A stretch of 64,000 bases of DNA from positions 2,232,001 to 2,296,000 of the forward strand of contig OZ218963.1 of assembly GCA_965112735.1 (NCBI GenBank), read 5' to 3'. How positions within the stretch are numbered: the first letter of the stretch is position 1; every line of letters starts with the position of its first letter. The notes under the pieces are model-generated. The model saw nothing but the letters and a program-made list of their open reading frames with translations, did no database searches and was not told where the DNA came from. The position numbers were made by a program, and so were the translations under genes. This DNA is from Phaeosaccion multiseriatum. Lineage: Eukaryota; Protista; Ochrophyta, other classes. Positions 26,201 to 38,200 of the stretch are shown piece by piece.

Positions 26201-29200
26201 GTGCTGGTGCTGGTGCTGCTGCTGCTCTTGCCATCCCTCCCAGGCCCAAAGGAGCGTTTTGTAGGGACGGAGGGCCGCTGGGCTGACATTTGCGCTGCAC
26301 AACAGCACGTCCGTCAAGACGCTCAGTCGGCTCATGGTGGCCTTCACTGTGCGCTCGCATACGAAACCGTCGGCAGCTTGAGCGGATGGAGCCATGTCTT
26401 CCGCTGGTGCGACGTTGACAGAGCCGGGAGTAGGCATAGTGCCTGATCTTCCCAACCGCTGCTGCTGTATCACCAACTGCTGCTGCTCCTGCTGCTCCCT
26501 CGACGCTGGCTGGAGCTTCTCCTGTAACTCGCTCAAGTCCGTGAGTAAAGAAGCTTCCTCCGACGCCGCCCAGTGCTGGACGAACGGCCACAGCTGCGCT
26601 GTCGCCCACTTGTCTAGGATGCTCCCTCCTTGTGGCTGCTGCCCATCGTCCCCTCTTTCTCGTCCGCCAACAACCAAGACAGAGGCCTTGGCAATCGCCT
26701 CAGCGGCCTCTCTCTCTGCATCATCCATTGCCCATACATTGGCAAGCATGGGGACCACACTCGCACGCTGATCACTGGGTGGCATGGCCTCACCATCTCC
26801 ACCGTCTCCTCCTCCAGCGCATATAGGCACCGCTGCGTGGCGCTTTCTGAAACGGTCTTGAGCTGCTCTTATCATGTGGGACATGCGCATTGGAAGCTGC
26901 TGAACCAGCGCTTGCTGACGACGCTGTCTGTCAAGCATATCCGCTGCAGCAGACTCAACGGCTCTTATCGCAGAAACAGGAGCAGCAGCAGCGGTGTCGG
27001 AAACCCCCTTGCCATTGGAGTCGCCAGTGCTGCCGCTCCTGCTGCTGCCGCCGTCGCTGCTGCTGCCTATCACCGGGCCTTGGTTCTCACCCTCTGTGAC
27101 TTGTACCTCGTCAGTCGTTGCCCAGTACAGCGTACACAGCGCTTCCAGCAGCTCTCTCTTTTCATCCCCGCTGACGGCCAAACTCGCATGGGCCGTTTGC
27201 AGCATCCTAAACATTACCTCGGAGGAAGACATGGCACTCGAGCTCGAGGAGTCACTCGCCTCACAAGCCCCACTCCCACCCCCACCTTCATCGCCACCAT
27301 AGTCCTGCTCTTGTGGTGCCAGGACGTCAAAGCTCGCCGAGAGCTTGGTCAACCCTTGTAGGTGAACAAGGTCCGTTGCTCGTCTGGGGACAGAAGGGTG
27401 GCCTGCATGAGTCCACAATGTGTCATCATCTGCTGCAGCAGAAGGAGGGGTAAGAGAAGGCGTGGAAGCCGTGCCCTGGCCACGACCTTCTTCCACACCG
27501 ATGTAATCGACACCACCGCCTCCTCTTCCGGGGCATCCCGTCAGCTCCCCCACGGCTCCATCGACCCCACTCATTGCTGCCAGGAGCGCTTGGAGTGCCT
27601 CTTCCAGACCATTTCCCTCCCCAGAACCAGTCAAAGCGCTTCCTCCCTTTCTCTTCGCCGTGCGGCTCTTTTTCCCACCCCCATCACCGCCTCCGGATCG
27701 TCCGGTAGCGTCATTTGCACCGTACAGGGCCCTGACGCTTTGGCGGGCCACGTGCACGAGGGCCCAAGCGCTTTTGCTAAAGTCGCGCCAAATCACCAAG
27801 AAGGCCGACGTGGGGAATAGACCGGGCGATCCCCCCGAGCTACTTCCACTCTCCCCGCCGCTACCTCCACCGCTGTTGCTTCTCGTGTGGCTGGCGTCCT
27901 CAGTAGTGCCGCCGGAGTGAGTCAGAAGGCGAGACATGTCGTCCCGAAACAGCAGTGCCTCACCCGTGAGCCGCACAAGCTGCTGCACGTAAGAGACAGA
28001 CCGGCTACCCTTGCGGTGCGGTGGGGTGCCTGCAGATGGCGGTGGTGGTGATCTCACCAACCCGTCCACAATACGTGCCACCACATTGTCAAGGGCCACG
28101 AACAGCGGATACACAAAGGGTACGAGGGAGGCTCGTGCTACTGCGTCGCCCTCATCGCCCTCGTCGTCTCCTTCCCCCCGTCGTGTCCCTTGGCTGCTCG
28201 GCCCTGTCGACACCACGCTGAGGTCGTGATCGCCCCTCGAGGACAGGAAGGAAAGGGCCAGCCAGCTGAGACCTTGCTCGGACACGCGGGTGGAGAAGGA
28301 GGCCTGGGCCACGGCTTGCGCGCGTAACACTTGCGCACTCTCCAGTTGCAGGAGGGGGAGGCGAACAAGTGTACCACGGAAGAACAGTTCCAGCAACGCG
28401 AGCTGCTGCTCCTCAGCCTCTGTGACTCTCCTCCCACCAGGCGGTGAACACCAGGAAGAAGACGACAACATCAAGGGAGACATCGTCCGGCTACTGGAGT
28501 GAGCCTCTCTTCCGCTGCCATCCTCGCCTTCCTCCTTGCCGAGGCCAAGGCCGGAGCTCTCAAGAGAGGGCGCCATGAACAAGGCGAGGTCCACACAGGG
28601 GCGACTTTCACTTTGCCATTCTGGTGCCCCTTCCTGCGTCACAGCAGCTGTTGTGATCAAGTGCCGAAGGACCGGTGAGTCCAACAGAGTCGTCAGCATG
28701 AGATCCACTGCTATCGAGCAATTGTCACCACCCCTACCCCCCTCACTCATCGCATCGTCGCCTCGGCCAGGGCTCCTCCTTGCCAATGCGCGGGCAAATT
28801 CTCTCCGAAGAGGGGCATCCTCCCATGAAGTTTGCTGCACAAAGCAGGCTGCCAAGTGCGGCAGCAGAAAATGTCCATTCTGCCCCTGCAAACAAGCGCT
28901 CAGTCCTCTACGCTCCAACCAAAACGCCGTATCAGAGGTGGCTTCTGAGCCAGGGGGCAGTACCACATCGCCCACAAAGAGCTCCAGGGCCAGGGTTGAC
29001 ATCTTCTCCTTCTCCACCCCGCCCTCCTCAGAGTCGGGGAGCTCCGCCAAGCTCCGAAACAGGTACTGAAAGAGGCGTCCGTCGTCCTCCACCCGACTGA
29101 GGAGGGAGTTGCGTAATCGAGACTCCAAGGGGGTGGGCACTAAGCTACACTCCAGCAAAGCCCGAGACAACATCTTCGCCTCTTGCTGCTGCTGTATCAC

Positions 29201-32200
29201 CAACTGCTGCTGCTGCTGTTGATCATCTTCCACCCCGCCGCCTCCTGCCTCCAGCCAGGCCCTCTCCACCACAGGCCCTACGTACGTTCTCCACTCCCCC
29301 ACACCCCCTCCGGGGAAAGCGAGCACGAAGGCCTCTCCCAACCACGGAAGAGGAAAGGACAGTAACGCTCCATCACCCTCACGTCCGTTCCCTCTCCCAC
29401 GCCTGGGGGGAGCACCTCTCTGCATGTACGCCACCGCCAGCTCCCCCCAGTGCGTGAGGTGACGAATGGTGGGCAGCGGACGACCCCGGAGTTTACGCCA
29501 TTGACGGCTCGCCGCACACCCCGCCAGCATGGCCCTGGCCACGGAGATGTCCACCACTCCTTCCGCAAAGAGAGCCTGCAGAGCGTCTGAGGTGCCCTGC
29601 GTCGGCGAGAACGTCGTTGCTGCCTCGCTGACAAGACGGTCTGTGCCAGTGCCGGTGCCAGTGCCAGTTTCACTGCCACTCTCCGTGCCAGCGTCTCTGG
29701 TCGACTTTCTCCTCCTCTTCCTCGACGTCCCCCTGCCGCTAGAGGGAGACGATAGCGAGAATCCCGCCCCCAGTTCCAATGCGCGAGGCAGTGCCAGCGT
29801 CGGAGAGGGGTCCAAGAGTGACACTTCCACACAGCGGTTTCGCATCGCTCTGGACATTTCTCCCACCGACGGGTCAATGGCCAAAAACAGCCGGAAGGAG
29901 GGGTGGGGCTTAACGACGCGGTATCCTCCGCCGCCATCCCCACTACTCGAAGCCGCCGTCTCTTCGCCGCCACACTCACTGAGCAGCAGCTCCCCGTCCG
30001 TCTCTAGGAGAGAGTTGAGTCGGTCCAGGACACTGGCCGCGCAGAGATTGGCCCCTTCCAGCAGCACCCAATGGCCCTTTTCGAGTGCTTCTACCAGCAG
30101 TCCGTCCCGCCAACGAAAGCAGGGCGCTTCTCCTCTTCCTGATGTATCACCAACTGCTGGAGTCTGGTCCCCTCCAGCGGAAGGAGTTGCGGAGCGTCGT
30201 ACTTTCCTCGTGGACTGCTCGAGCAACGCAGACACTTGGGCCAAGCCCTCTTCCAAGCCTTCCAAGCTTTCTTTCCGTCCTTCCACTCCCCCTTTTGCCG
30301 CCGTCGCTGCTGCTGCTGCTGCTGCGGCGGCGGCTCGGATCCACACTATCCCTTGCTTGACCCTAAGCAGAACATCTTGTGCCATTCTCACTCCCGCGTC
30401 ACTGAGACAAAGACCATGGGAGGAGACCGCCGCGGCTGCCGATGGAAGCACCGCCGCTGCATCTGTACGCCCCTCTCCTGCCTGTGTGGAGAGCGGTGAG
30501 GTGTAGCTGCGCGAGAAAGAGTACCAGGCCGTCCACACGCTCGACAACAGCGATGCTGGTGTCGGTGCAGCTGTGTCGCCGGCTTGACTCTTCTCCATGT
30601 GGGCGGAAAGACTGCGGCAGAGTCGGTAGGTGAGTGCCTGATGGGGAGAGCAGAGTGAGTGTGGTGGATGGAGGGGGGAGAAAGGGAGGGTTGTGAGCTA
30701 AGGCGCTCCCCTCTGTTTGACAGATAGGTGCTGTGCTGACATTTCAGCCCATGACAAGTAGTGTGGAGATGGGGCTTTTCCCTTCCTCCTCTCGAAGGAG
30801 GCTTAAAGTGAACAAGTAAGTTTCACACATGAGGCCTTTTGAAGGCACATAGCAGTCACAATCTGACAACACCATCACATCGGTTCTTTCCTTCACTCGC
30901 TGTGTGTTACTTTCAGGCAGCGCGGAAGGCACTAGAACGTCAACGAAAAAGAGACTCAGACTCTCACCTCAAGGCCGTCCACGAGCTCTTCCATCGTCGC
31001 TCGCGCGTCCACCTTTGAGTCATGTGATTTTCGCACACAAGGGTCAACACACATGCATCCCGCAGAGAAGCAACCAACGCCAAGAAGTGACAGCGGGTTA
31101 GAAGGGAACAAAAGAAAACGAAAGAGAAGTGAGAAACAGAGAAAGAAAAAAAGAACAAAAGCCTCGCACCCCTCTGCGATGTTCAATGCGGGTAGCATAC
31201 AGAGCTTCAGAGGCAATTATCGGGAGTTATTTCCAATTGGAAGGAAGAAGAAGAAAGCAAAGGGACAAGAACGAAAGAATGGAAGAAATGGGTTTCGACT
31301 AGGACCGGCATATGGACACACTCTCAACCCCCGCGAGGAGGGGCGACAATCCCGCTTGTCAGACATGAACGAAGCCCTACCAGCCAGGCGGTTACCCGGC
31401 GGGCTTTATGTTTGCTCTGCCCCGATTTTAACAGTCACCCCGCTACTGAAGGCGCGAACGGCGAAAAATACGTCGGGGTGACCAGGACTCAAAAAACAAG
31501 ACAAAAGAAGAAGCAACACAAATCCTCCTCCTCACGTAGAGATGCTTCTGTCGACCCATCGTGCTCTGCACTACGGGCGTACGTACGTACCTGTTCGTAA
31601 CAGCCCAAGAGCTCGCTGACGTCTGTGGAAGGAGTCATCGCCACCACTCGGAGAGCTGCACCCAACGCATTTGCCAGCCCAGTCACAAGCGATGTCTTGC
31701 CTGACGAGCGGTGGCCCACCAGCAGGCACGGCCAGGACAGCGCCACGCACCTCGCTACCGCCACGAGAGGTCTCCGGTTCGTCATGGGCAGGAGTATGGA
31801 GCTGCTGCTGCCTCTGTCCCCGGCCCCTTGACCACGAGGGCAGCGACCCCAACCACCTCTTGGCAATCTCAGCCCGGAACCCGCTCGTTGCCCACCTCCT
31901 TCTTCGGTTCGCGACAATGATGGTGGTGGTGGTGCGGTGCCGAGCTCCAGAGAGTTGGGGTGCACGGAGAGATTGGGTATCCCTCCCACCGCCGCCCGGA
32001 CCTCGTCCAGACTCAAGTCGAAGGCCTGGCCGTAGAGGGCAAGGATGGCGTTTCTGTCTTGCACGGTGCGCATACGCTGCAGGTAAACGGTATCCACCAC
32101 GTCGCCAGGATACCAAGCTTGCTGTTGCCTTCCTTCTCCTCCTTGTCTTGCTCCGCTTCTTCCCCTTTCCTCCTCGCCCTCGGCCTGCTCTCTCCGACGG

Positions 32201-35200
32201 GGCAGGTGGCGGTTGCAAAGCTGTTGCTGTTCCTGCTGCTCATTGACCATGATGTCGCACCAACGAAAGATATCACGAAGGTTGAACTCCCAGGGAGAGC
32301 CGGTGCTGCCGATGGTACGCTGGTCCATTGTTGCGGACTGCACGAGGCTTTGGGGACGTGACGAAACATTTATTTTGTACAATCATTTCGCGCCACGCCC
32401 CAAACAAAAACACATGGAGGGGAGGAGCGAGAACAGAGAGATGCGTACATTTGAGAGGGAAGAGGGGCGAGGGGGGGAGGTAAGAGCAGGAAGGAATACA
32501 GGGGGGGGAGGAGAGGGCGCTACTGCGAAAAAAGGCGGAGGCATGGCTCCGCTATCGTTTGCTGTACGCTGTGACTCCTTTGGGGTGTCAGAAAAGTTGA
32601 TGCAATCACAAGGAGAGTGGGGGGAGGGGGGGAGGGGGGTTTACCACGGGGCTTTTACCCTTTCGTGGCACCCACAACCCGCCGTCCTTCCCCCTTCCCA
32701 CGATATCATCGAAAGCGACGAAGCAGAAATTCTCGTCACCCACCCCGAGTCCCCTCCAACTCCGATTAAAGCCACAGAGGGAAGAATCGCAGGCAGACAG
32801 CCAGTAGACACAGACAGGCAGGTAGACAGACAGGCAGACACACACACCCGCGCCGCCGCCACCAATACACCTCCGTCCCATCCCCCCCTTCGACCTTTGA
32901 CCACACACCACAGCTCTCCACTTCAACAAACTAAGCCCCATCTTTGCTAACCTGTTGAAGCGCACCATCCGCTCGAGCATTTCCTTCCCATTCTCGTCCT
33001 TGGTCGCGGAAGCAGCGCAATCGGACCCACCCTCCTTGGTCATCTCGTCAGCAGCGGTGGCGGCTGCGGTGCTCCCCTTCCCTCCCTTGTCCACCAACTG
33101 CGGATACTTGTGGGAGACAATAAAGATCAAATCCTTGGGGGTGAGAGCGTCCACAAACACCTTGGTGAAGCGATTGAGAAAGCTTTTGGGCAAGCCCTTT
33201 CTGCCCCCTCCCTGCCCTAGTGGGTTCTGTGCACAAAACACCCGAAACGAGGAGGGGCAGGCGAAGGTCCTGTCGAGCTCAGGAATGTACACGGCGGCAC
33301 GGTGGTCCAAGCACGCGTTCAGGCCCTCCAGCACGCTCTGAGAGGCAAGGTTGAGCTCGTCCAGCAGCACCCAATGGCCCTTTTTGAGAGCGTTCAAAAA
33401 CACCCCGTCTCTCCACGCGAACCCCCCACCACCACCGCCACCACCACTACCAGCCCCCCCCTCCCTTCCGGCTCCACCACCGGGACAGTCTTCTCCGACG
33501 GGAAGATCGGAACCCATGAGGTCGGACAAGTCCGTTTGCTCCGAAAGATTGATGCGCACGAGGGTGTGCCCGGCCGCGGCTGCCAGGGCAGAAATGAGAC
33601 TCGTCTTGCCCACCCCAGGGGAGCCTTCCAGGAGAATGGCCTTGGGCAGCTGCATGGCCCGTAGCACTCGGCGAAGGTTCTTACGCGTGGTGGGCGACTC
33701 TAGAGAGTAGTGCAGCGTTCGAGGAGGAGGCAAGGCACCCCGGCGAATCGTAAAAGGTGGAATACCGAATCTCCCCTCGGCCGATGCAGCAGCCGCCCCA
33801 GCCCCAGCCCCTGCTCCAACGGGGTCGGCTTTGCGCCCGGTTTGGACAACACGCTCACCATCCTCATCCTCATCCTCAGTATCAGCAGTCGGATGATGAT
33901 CATCATCATCACCGTCTGCGAGGAGGTGAGCCTCGGCCAACGCGCGCTCCTCTGCTCCACACACCGACGACTGTGGAATACTCCCCAGTACCATCTTGGC
34001 ACAGACATTCCTCAGCTTGGTCACTTGGTCGGGCGCCAAGCCCGTCCCCAGACCCAACCCATCCAGCAGCACGAGTGAGGCTCCGTGCGCAAACGCCAGC
34101 CATGGTGAGAGGGCACCTGCCCGAACCACGTCCTTCGCGAAACGTGCCCACGCCAAAATGTCGCGGATGGACAGTGCCAGGCCGTGTGTGGAGCCAAACT
34201 GAGGCCCTGCTTCTTCGTTGAACCACTGCACGAAGGCCATCATCGGACCTGCCAGCAGAGGCACCAACTCGCTCTCGCTCTCCAGAGGCCTGCTAACGCC
34301 AACAACACCTGCTGCACCAAGGCCACCACCAGCACTGTCGACGCCAGCACTCCGGAGAGGAGGGGTGCGGTCTGGTGCGTGAGCCGCAGCAGCGGAAGAG
34401 GCAGGAGACCCCAGCGCCTTCATCACCACCATCTTGACATCGGCAATGTCGCTCATGGGAGGCACCCAAATCTCTGTAAAGCGGCTCCGCAAGGCAGGAC
34501 TGAGCTCCCGCTTTCCAAAGTCGCCCCCCGGGTTCATGGTTGCCAAGATGCGGAAACCCTCGGCGGCGTACAACTCCTCAGTCCCTTCTGATCCTCCTCC
34601 TCCTCCTCCTCCCCCGCCTTTCTCAGCCAGGACAAGAAGACGTTTGGGCTCCAGAACAGAGTTGAGTCTCTCCAAGACAGCATCCTCTGCCAGGCAAATC
34701 TCGTCCAGCAGCAGAAGGTGCCCTTCCCGCATGGCTGAGGTTAGAGGCCCGTCCGCCCATTCGAACATGCTCCGATAACGAGTCACCAGTACAAGCGCGC
34801 TCTCTCGAAGCTTTTCCACCCGTGCAAAGGCTGCTGCCGCTGCTGCTGCCGCTGATGCCACCACCTCTACCGCTACTGTGCCCTTCTCCTTCCCCTCTTC
34901 CTTTCGTTCTGCCGTCTCCGCGTCACCTCTCCCCTCGACAACGCCTTGCCCTCCCAGTTTCGCGGCTGATGCAGCCCCTACTCCCACAGCAGTCTCTGTC
35001 TCTACCGCGGTCACTGAGGTCTTTCTCTGTCGCTTCCTTCTGCCTTTCTTCTTCTGAGAAGTCTCCTGTCTCGAACTCTGCGCATCCGCGCCGGCATCGG
35101 CGACCGCCTGATGACCTGCAGGGGGTTCATGAGCTGCAGCCGTATTGGCTACGCCGGCGTCCGTGGTACTCATTCGCCTCCTCTTCTGGCGGCCTTCTCC

Positions 35201-38200
35201 TCCTTCGTCACCGCCAGCTGTGGTGGCGCCTCTCCTCGTTTCACCCTTGCTGTTGTTGTTGCTCTTGTTGCTACTGCTACTGTTCTCCTCGAGTTGACTC
35301 CACGCCCTGCGCACCGAAGCGTAGGCCACCTGATGGATGGGTGATGGACCAAACGGGCAAGGGGAGGGAGGGGTGCAGAAGGTGAGTCGAAACAGAACGA
35401 AACCGCTGAGTGATCGATGCGTCCCTCGGCCAAGGGACTGGTACGGTATACTGTGGTAGGTCAGAGTCAAGGCACACTGCACGAACAACGAGAGGCAAAC
35501 ATCACACAAGGCACGGAACACCCCCCCCTTACCCCCAAACACATGTAAAGGGTGCTGACATGGCCCAAGCTCAAGCAAGCATGAAAAGGCGCGGGCCTCG
35601 CAGTTTGAGCGCCCATCTTCCAATCCGCCCAAGGAGGAGAGGAGTGTCCAAAGGACACCCCTTCCCCCCTCTCTTTATAGGGAGAGTCGTGGAGTCACTT
35701 TCGCATCCGTTTGTTGACCGATCTAAGGCCATAGAGGAGACTGGCACGAGACGGAGATACCAGTATGCTTGCGTCCGTACGTACGCTTACGTACGTTTGT
35801 GTGTAAGGGAAAGAGAGAGGGGGGGGGGTGTTTCCAAGATCCTCCTAAACTCGTTCCACATCCCCTGCTTGTGTGTGTGGTCGATTCTCTCCGCCTCTCT
35901 CTCCCTCTCTTCTCTCTCTCTCACACACACATGCCTTCACATGCGCGCGTATGTGACTCCCCACACCCCCTTGTCTCTTACCTCTAGGGCTTGGTGCATC
36001 GCCTTGACACTGGACGCCTCGTCGTCCTCCTCCACCACCACAGAGGGCACCTCAACCGCCGCCGCCTCTTCTTCTCGACCTCCTCCCTCAGAGTCGGTGG
36101 GTGCCTCCTGACCCTCCTCCTCATTGACCCCATTGGCTGCTTGAAGTTTGATACTCGTAGGGTCCAGCAGGCGCTGGTGTGAGGCATGGAGCCTGAGGAA
36201 CGTTCCACACTCGGCATGGAAGGTCGCCAGCAGCGTCCGAAGCTGCGTCAGTACGTCACGTCGGCCTCGCACGGGTCGTAGCCCTCCCAACAAGTCGCCC
36301 TGAATGATGAAACGGCCACGGCAAGCGACGAAGCAAGAGGTCAGGCGTAGGAAATGGGTAGGAATATAATAAACTACGACACTTCATGCGGAGAGGGGAG
36401 GGGGTCAGGACGGGGGGAGGCTTGGAAAAAAACAGGTCTGGAAAAACTTACCGCCTCGGTGTTCTGATGGCAGTTGACAATGTGCAGCTGATTGTGCAGC
36501 AGCAGTGAGAAGAGCTGACAAACGGTGGTCTTGCCGCAGCCTGTGTCCCCCACAAGCAGCACCGGCTCCTTGTGTTCTAGGCAGCGACCGACTAGGCGGA
36601 ACAGACGCTTCAGCGATTGGGTCAGCGCCACGCCCTCAAGGCCGCGTGCTGCCTCCTCGTCTACAGGCCCCGCCCCAGCCTCGCTCGAGGTCAGCCCACC
36701 ACCCCCCTCCTCATGAGGGTTCCCCTTGGTCCCCTTTCTATCGAGCAAATCTTGAACGTGCTGCAGTTGCTGAAGACTGCCCTGCTGGTGCTGCTGCTCA
36801 TGTGTGTGTGTTTCTGGGTGCACGAGTGAAGCCGAAGCCGAAGCCGAAGCCGAAGCTGCCGCAGAGGCTGGTGGGGACAGGTCGTAGAGAAGCTTTGTGT
36901 CGATTCTGACGCCAATCTTATCCTCAAGCACGGCGAGAATCTCGCTCCGCTCGGCAGCGCTCCGAAGACGTTCGGCAATGAGCATATATCTTGGGCACGA
37001 AGTATAAGGCATCAAGAGCAGATCAAGAGCAGTCGCAATCATTTTTCCGAGGCGGTGGCACACAAGGGGAGAGAGGGGGGGCGGCGATGATTCGTTAAGT
37101 ACTTCTTGAGTACTAGAGCGTAGGCGGAGCTAGTGAGACGGAAGGATGTAAACGTAACTGTGGAATACCTCATGTGCCTTCCCCTGCACCACGGCGTGAA
37201 GCGTGACCAACACAGCCCCTCCCGGCCCTCGGCTGCTAAATGCCCTTTTTGGCCCAGGCACAGGCAAGACTCCGCCACAACCCCCGCCTTTCCGAAACGC
37301 CTTCATTTGGGCACCATTTTGGTGTTCCCGAATGGCAACGAATCGATGCATAAGGAAGGGCCGAGTCAAGCCCGTACCCAGAGGCCGGACGCGCTAGAGC
37401 AACCAAGGGCCCAAAGCGAAGGGGGGCAGGGACAAAGGCTTTCACAATCGCCCGCTCTCTGTCTGTTACAACAGGAAATAGACAAGTGCGAAAATTACTC
37501 TAGCTGAGAACTGTAACGGACCGTCTGACATGTGCCCATAGGGCTCACAGGCGGTTAGCTGGACCAGCATTTAAGCCCCCCCCCCTCCCCCCCTCTCATC
37601 CACACAGCAAACATGAAGAACCAAAAGACAGAATGCTCCTTTACCGCATCATTCGGTGAAAGGTTGAGAGGCAACGCGGCATTCCCTTCCCTCTAAAAAG
37701 TCAATCATGCTTCCCCCCATGGGGCCCAGAGGGGGGGGACTTCCCCCCTCCTCCCCCTCTCCCTCCCTCCCTCCCTCCCTCCTCAACTCACCCTTCCTCT
37801 GCGATCTCCTGCTTATTCTGCGGCTTGCGCATGGCCCAGCGGAGCATATCTCTCGGCGTGATGAAACCGTGCTTGCCCTGGAACACACCGCTTTTCGTCC
37901 TGCGCACATGGAGAGCGTCGAGCACAGCCACCAGCAGCTTGCAGTGGGACGGAGGCATGCCACAGCGCTGGGTTGGGTGGGGTGGGAACAGACAAGAGAC
38001 GCCACGCAAGCAAGCAAACAAGCAAGAAGAAGAGGGAGAGAGAGATGAGGTGGGCGGCGAAGAGGGGGCGAGAGGAGTCGGTGAGTGGGCAGTTGATAAG
38101 AGGACCTGCAAGACGACAAGGCCCCTCTGTTTCACTTGTCGTCATCAATCGATATACAGAGGACTTACTCCATATCACATCACAGATGGATACGCCGGAC

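Noticed and set aside
35330-35981. snoRNA in this 652-bp midasin intron
   Set aside because: Several hairpins and a short GTGATGT..CTGA are present, but no coherent box set or guide was found by eye. Unresolved rather than excluded.
37144-37580. RNase MRP/P, SRP or telomerase RNA
   Set aside because: There is no convincing GAAAGUCCCC/GGGGCU P4 pair, no SRP helix-8 motif and no 1.5-repeat telomeric template. Kept only as an unclassified candidate.
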